DNA from: the human T2T-CHM13v2.0 reference genome, Homo sapiens
DNA length: 64,000 nt
Direction: 5' to 3' (one strand)
NCBI RefSeq assembly: GCF_009914755.1
Contig: NC_060926.1
Shown piece by piece: positions 56,985 to 64,000 of this stretch; position 1 is the stretch's first letter; every line of letters begins with the position of its first letter. A program made the position numbers and the translations under genes. The notes beneath the pieces were generated by a model, which did not search any database, was not told the DNA's origin, and was given only the letters and a program-made list of their open reading frames with translations.

Positions 56985-57230
56985 CTTAATTGAACACCTG
57001 GTATTCTGGCAGGCACTGTGCACAATTTGTGTCTACGTGTTTCATCTAATCCTAGAAGTAACTCTAAACAGTAGGTGCTTATTATCTCTATTTTGCAGGC
57101 TTCTCCACTTACAGGTGAGAAAAAGAAAGATAAGCAAGATCAAATAGCCTGCTCGTAAGTGGCAGAGCCAGGATTCACACTCACATCTCATTGACCCCTC
57201 AGTCTGTTCTCTTTCTAATTGAATGCACTG
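56985..57230 (-). mobile_element. MIR
   Basis: AATTGAACACCTGGTATTCTGGCAGGCACTGTG..TTCATCTAATCCT..TATTTTGCAG..AAGTGGCAGAGCCAGGATTCA. Confidence 0.75.
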
Positions 57231-58726
57231 GCTCAGCTACTGAAGGCACGGAAAGGCTGCCTCTGCCTGTGATGTGAACCCGAATTCAAAGGCACACGCT
57301 GTTCCTGGGGACCCACCTTTACTCGCTATTGTTCCTACCCAGGCCGCCTTGCTCTGCCCTAGAGAGTTGTGGAATTCTGGAGTCCTGAAGCTCTGAGGGA
57401 TAACTCGACAGGGGCAGAAGCCCTGGGGGTGGCATGGGCTGCCCAATGTCCCACCAGAATCTGGGGCAGAACAAGACCCAATGGCCTGGCTCTCAGGGCT
57501 CAGTGCTTTCTCCATTATTCTCCGATTTTTCTGATGTTGCGATTCCAAGCTCAGTCCTCAACGTGGAGAAAACCCCTAATAAAAGCACAAAATAATTTTT
57601 TTCTGCCAAATCTGAGAAGACAAAGTCGAGGGTGCCCATTATTTAATATTGACGACAAGAGACACAGCCTAAGTTTGGCGTATTTCCTCTATTCCAGTCT
57701 GCTTCCTGTCCTCTCTCCCCCAAACCTACTGTCAAATGACTTCGAGTTGAATCCCTCAAGCAGAGGCTATGCTTCTTACACCTCCTGAGAGGCAGGTGTC
57801 CATGCCTGTCGCCCACTTCCTGGGAATGAAATTAAAATGTCAGCCTTGTACCCAATGCATTTGCTTCCTGCGTTTCTTCACCACTATCTTTGGCCCACTA
57901 GTGCCCTGGCTGCTGTGGGGTAGAAAGGATTTACTCCCTCTACTGGCCTCTAGTGAGAGAGTGGAGTCTCTAGTTGGGCCAGCCTCCTGCAATTGCAGTC
58001 CCCAGCTGTCACCCTGGTAATTAGTTCATCCTGCTCCACCACAGAGGCTTACGTAATAAAATGGTGTCCTCTGTTCGGAAGATGGGAGCTCTGGCAACGC
58101 ACTTACTCAAGCACTTCACTGCGTCTGAAGGAAGCACATCTTCACATAAACACAAACCCAGGGCAAAACAGCACAGGGCTTCTTTCTACACACATTGTGC
58201 AACACCAGAGAGAACACAGCATCTGATTTCCTCTTTGGTACATCACTCCACTGTTGTGAGAAGTCAATGAGGCTAAATAGCAAAATACATATGAAGCAGC
58301 GAGCACCATCCAGAGACAAACAGCAGATGTTCAACGGCAAGCAGTTCTTTTCCTACCTTCCAAGTTTCCTTCTAGGCAAGGCTTGAATGCAATGACTTCT
58401 GGCAACTTCTTCCCGAGTGCCTCCCTCCACCGTGGCCAAAATTACGAAGATATTTCCTTGACTATTTCTTTTGACAATAATCACATTCTGGCTTTCAGCC
58501 TTATCATTTATGTATCTTTAAGTCAATGGCAGAGACCTTGTCTCATTCACCTTGCTTGTAGCTGGCGAATGGAGTTGGATCGAATTGGACTGGAAAGGAG
58601 TTAACTTTATCAGCTCTGCCATGAACTTGCTGTGTGAGGACTCTCTGTACCCGAACCCACTTATCTATGAAACAGGAGGGGGAGACAAAATAAGAGGCTT
58701 TTGTCTTTTGATTGCTTTTGTCCTGG

Positions 58727-58850
58727 AGCAGCAGTTCTCCAAGTATCCTCTCCGAATCAGCATCACCAGCATCACCTGGAAACTCATTAGAAATGCAAAG
58801 CATTAGGCCCACCCTGGACATGAATCAGAAACTCTGGGGGTGAGTCCCAT
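58727..58850. mobile_element. MER5A (hAT) fragment
   Basis: CAGCAGTTCTCCAAGT..CAGCATCACCTGGAAACTCATTAGAAATGCAAA..GGCCCCACCC..TGAATCAGAAACTCTGGGGGTG. Confidence 0.8.
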
Positions 58851-58865
58851 CATTAAAGTACAGGG

Positions 58866-59268
<403 letters not shown>

Positions 59269-59834
59269 CTAGCATGTTTTTTACGTGGAGAGGGTTTGCT
59301 TAACTTTCATTGTATTCTTAGGTTCCCTGGCCTTAAAAAGAGACAGGCATCCCTGCATAGGTCTTGCCCTGCAGTTCCTTCCTGATGTAAAATGCCAGGA
59401 GTATTACTACAAAGAAAAGGAGCATGTGACAATTAACATAATCATGGCTTGATTTCCGTGCTGATTGATTAGATGAATACAAGCTAAGGGAACAGGGCAA
59501 TATGCTAACAGGGAGTCCAAAAGGAAAGAGCATTTTTGTGAGTCTGCCAACTGCTCTGAAGATGAAATCACCCCCAGACCACTGTCCCTCTCAACACGCT
59601 GATGCCAGTTTTCCTCCCCCACCTCAAAAATCACAGCTGCTCAGAGCTGGAAGGGTCTTCAGAGTCCCTCTGAGCCATAGCTATGTGTTAGGACCCCCTA
59701 GGGAATTGTAGAAAGATCCAGAAATGCAGCCCACTCCCAGAGATTCCTAAATTGGTCTCAGATGGAGTCTGACCCATCTCTTTTTATACGTTCCCCCAAA
59801 TGATTCTAAATTGTGGCTAGAAAAGAGAACCACT

Positions 59835-60240
<406 letters not shown>

Positions 60241-62284
60241 CTATAAAATGGTGGAGGAGGTGCCAGACACTCCAGAAGCAGGTCTGTGAATGAGGATTGG
60301 GTTTGATATTACAACTTATTTGTGAGCTCAAATCCTTGACCTACCAGAATCTCATGATTCTTTGTCTGTAAAAAATAGGATATTTCTATCGTCTCACATG
60401 CTGTTGTAGGAAAAATTGAGAAAATGATGCAAGCCATGCTTTGTAAATGATGCACCAGGGCAGTGCATGGTGATAAAACAATGTGCCAGGGAGGGAATTA
60501 ATTTAGAGGGACTTTCTCAGCCAGAGGCTAGTGACAAGATTGCCCACTGGGTAAGAACAACAATGGGCACAGCGAGGTGCTAGAAGGGAAGGTGAGGGCC
60601 AGTGGCACCCACATGTCCAGCAGCAGCTGTGGGGACAGCCCAGTTGAGCTTGCTTCCCCCAAGCCTTTTGAAGTAGGAAGCACTAAAGGGTTAACTTATT
60701 CCAAAATTGATGCTCTTGGGCTCTGTCTATTGCTGGCAGGATTGTTGTTGTTCCTGCTAATTAAAAACAGGTGCATTTGCCTGAGACTTGCTCCGGGAGC
60801 TTTCTCAGACCCGGTTGCCCTGGAGACTTTCATCTCCACAGATAATCAGTTTAGCGGGGAGAGTTCTAGGTTCATTTGCGTATGAGAATTTGGGTTTCAC
60901 CTGAGGTTCATAAAAATATCAGAAAAATTACATGTGCTTAGCTGTTCTCCAAGAGAGAAAATGGCTTGATTTAAAAGGTTTCTGCAAAGGTAGAGAGGAT
61001 GGGAAATCAAAGAACATGACTTCTTGAAAGGGGCTGTGAAAACCGAGGTGCAAAGAGGACCAGTTGCCCAAAGTCACTCCACTGGGTAAGGATGAAACAT
61101 AATTCAAATCCAGCTCTCCTTTTTCTGCTCTGAGCCTCAAGCTCTTGCATAGAATAAGGAGTTTGCACTACCCTAAGCTTTCATCTTGCCCTGTGAGTCC
61201 ATGACACAAGTCTATCCTACTGTGGCAGAAGAGAGTTTCTTTTTCAGCGTCAACCTGTCTGGCCATCTTAGAACCAAGGTCCCTCAGCCAGGCCACACCG
61301 GGGTTTTCTGACTCTGAGCTAAGGAGACAAGAGGTAGTTGGGAGACAATGCTGAGAGGTGCCCGGTGCAGGCCATGCCACAGAACGCCTGCACCAAGGCT
61401 TTCACTTGATTTTGAGTTTCATGGTTGGGCAGATTTGAGGCTGACATTTGGAACGCATGATTTGGGTGTCAAAATGAAACTAAGAACTTGATTTATAGTG
61501 GCTGGGATTTGTGCCCAAGGATTTAATATCTGATTTTCCCCACATTTTTAAATTTATGGCTCTACAGCCAATTTAATTGGATTTGTCTTTGTTGGGGCTA
61601 AACTATTTATTATCATTTGAGAAGGCAGGCTTTCAAAATAAGAGCCTTCAAAATTGTACTGGGGATAGTGAAGAATCAGAATATCAAAATTCCAATACTC
61701 TTTGGTAATTTACCCGCACAGCAGGAAGCAGGGTGAGAGGAGTCTCAAGTTAGTGAATTACCCAGAATGACTTGGCTGGATTACAACTTCAGAAAAGTTT
61801 AGCAAAATCAACTTCTCTTTCCCAAGTCAATCACTTGAGGATTTGAAAACTTGTCTCTCTGTTCCTTCCTTTGAACAAAGAAACTCAAAGTTACCTTTCT
61901 GAACCTTCCTCTCAAATTTAGCTTTCAAGATGTTATCGAAAGCAAATTTTTGAACCATCTACCAGCTTTTCAAGATCACTCAACTTAGCTGTCACTCAAC
62001 AACTCTGAAGGAGCTGCGAAAAAGTGGAAATTGCACTAGTCTTGAAGTCAGAAAATGTGCATTTGTTTTTCTCTCCAGGCTATTTGACCTTGAACAAATT
62101 ACTACCCCATTTAATTTATTTTCTCCCCTATGAGACTGGAGAGTGATCCTTCCACCTTCTGACTCAGGAATCCATGAGGATCAATTGAGGTGGCATGAAT
62201 ACATCCTGGACGCTATTATTCCTTACACCTTGCTGGAAAGAAGTGACTCTCTGAGAGAGGGGCATGAGGCTATTACCCAGTGGC

Positions 62285-62480
62285 AGTACAGGATAATGTA
62301 TCGGTTTTAGAGTGAGGCACACCTAGGGTCACAGCCCAGATCTGCCACTGACAACTGTCTCCTACAATCTCCGAGACATGGTTTCTTCTGCCATAAAATA
62401 GGAGTAAGATGTCACCCACTTGTTGTCAAGATTAAAGAAAGTGACTAAAATCCCAACAGTTAACACTGAGTAAACATGCA
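62285..62480 (+). mobile_element. MIR
   Basis: TTTAGAGTGAGGCACACCTAGGGTCACAGCCCAGATCTGCCACT..GTTTCTTCTGCCATAAAATAGGAGTAA. Confidence 0.65.
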
Positions 62481-62496
62481 ATGAAATTTCCTTCCT

Positions 62497-63075
62497 TAGT
62501 GTAATGGTTAAGCACAAAAATTCTGTAGCCAGACTATCTGGCTCAAATCCCAGCTGTGTAGCATCCTACCTGTGTGTCCCTGAACAAGTTGCTTAACTTC
62601 TCTTAACCTCAGTTTCCCCACCTGTAAAATAGGGACAATGACACTACCTAACATATAGGATTGTTATAAGGGTTAAATTAGTATATTACAGTGATGTGTC
62701 ACTTAACAACAGGGATATGTTCTGAGAAATGCATCATTAGACAATTTCATTGTTATGTGAATATTATACAGTGCACTTCACAAGCCTAGGTGGTGCAGCT
62801 TACTACATGCCCGGGCTATAGGGTAGGGCCTACTGCTTCTAGTCTTCAAACCTTTACAGCATGTTACCATGCTAATACTGTAGGCAATTATAACACAATA
62901 GACAGTATTTCTATATTGAAACATATCTAAACATAGAAAAGGTACAGTAAAAATATGGTATTAAAATATTACAGGATCGCCGTTGTATATGCAGTCTGTC
63001 ATTGACCAAAACGTTACTAGGTGGAACATGACTGTATTTGAAAAGTGCTTAGAAAGGTGCCTGTCCATAGTATTT
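62497..63075 (+). mobile_element. MIR split by Tigger3a
   Basis: TCAAATCCCAGCT..CCTCAGTTTCCCCACCTGTAAAATAGGGACAAT; resumes AAAGTGCTTAGAAAGGTGCCTG after 63036. Confidence 0.8.
62689..63034 (+). mobile_element. Tigger3a/MER7A (TcMar-Tigger) non-autonomous DNA transposon
   Basis: TIRs CAGTGATGTGTCACTTAACAAC / GTTACTAGGTGGAACATGACTG, TA duplications at 62687 and 63035, 346 bp. Confidence 0.9.
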
Positions 63076-63899
63076 TTTTCACTATTTATCAAACTATTTT
63101 AACAAGAATTCACTAAAACCTGGGCTTTACTCAAGCAGCACTAATAAATGTCATTAATTATAGAAAAGCCTAACTCCAAATTTCACCCTTCATTACCTCA
63201 CCTCAAAGTACTAACTATTCCAGTTGGGAAAATCTGACTCCAACATACACAATACAGAAAATAACACAGAAATGAAGTGTCCCATCAAGCCACTGCCATG
63301 CCAAATGACCCAGGGACTGAGAAGGGAAAAGGAAGTTGAGCACAAATGTGTGTGATGCCTTCTCCTGACTTTTCTAGTTTAGATATCTTCTCCTGTGCTT
63401 AGTCAGTTCAGACACTGGGAATCCTTCTTCTGTCACTCCCAGTTTCTCTAGGTATGTTGTGAAATTTCTCACCATGCATTCATTTTTAAAAAAAAAAAAA
63501 AAAAAAAAAAAAGGAAATCCCTTTAACAAGTGAATTTAGAGGCCCTACAGTTTTCATCTGTTACAAGGGAATTTTTACCTCAAATAATTTCATAGGCCAA
63601 GGTTTTATGTTGCCTCCTATTCTATATCCTGGTTTGTAGCTATTTTATTTTAAACAACGCAAGGCATGGACTGAAATTTCCCAAGAGCATTTCAAAGAGC
63701 AGTTTCTCATTTCCTGCCCGTATGAATTTATGTTCTTAAAATAGAAAGTTTCTTCGGAAATCAGGTTAATATGAACATGAAATGATGGAGAAGAAAGTTG
63801 AAAGAACATTAAACCTTTTACAAAACCCATTTATAAGAGGCTGTATCTCATTCATGAGAATGAAAACAAGCCACACATCTGCATTGGAACTTTATTTAA

Positions 63900-64000
63900 C
63901 TTTCATCCACTCATTATTCACAAATATTTATTGAATGCCTTCTGTGTGTCAGGGGCTGCAATCCGCATTGGCATTTAGAGGCTGTTGGGGAAAAAGGACA
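63900..64000 (-). mobile_element. LINE-2 3' end
   Basis: CATTATTCACAAATATTTATTGAATGCCTTCTGTGTGTCAGG. Confidence 0.7.

Noticed and set aside
56807-57025. Poly-Ala/poly-Thr ORF on the - strand
   Set aside because: By-product of the triplet repeat and MIR; non-ATG start and no splice context.

Overview
Primate nuclear DNA, almost certainly hominid (L1PA2-type, AluY/AluYd and LTR12 elements). No protein-coding exon, RNA gene or CRISPR array can be supported; the window reads as intergenic or deep-intronic and is dominated by transposable elements. 1-11.8 kb is a three-layer nest of + strand L1s: a disabled L1PA2-type copy and an internally deleted L1MA2-type copy, both inside an older L1MA4-type element. 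20.3-29.4 kb is a decayed ERVL (HERV16-like) provirus on the - strand, split by an L1ME-type element that holds an Alu that holds a solo LTR12. The rest is Alu, MIR, L2, HAL1, solo LTRs (LTR7-family, THE1, MLT, MLT2A2) and DNA transposons, with a few repeat-free, motif-rich candidate enhancer blocks. The most unusual structure is at 55.3-56.1 kb: an MLT2A2 LTR is split by a patchwork copied from two separate segments about 1.3-1.5 kb downstream, which seeded a 35-bp hairpin VNTR carrying repeated AP-1 and E-box motifs near a strong CTCF motif. I see no evidence for a new coding system. Subfamily names come from recalled consensus features, not from a RepeatMasker run, and boundaries of old elements are approximate.
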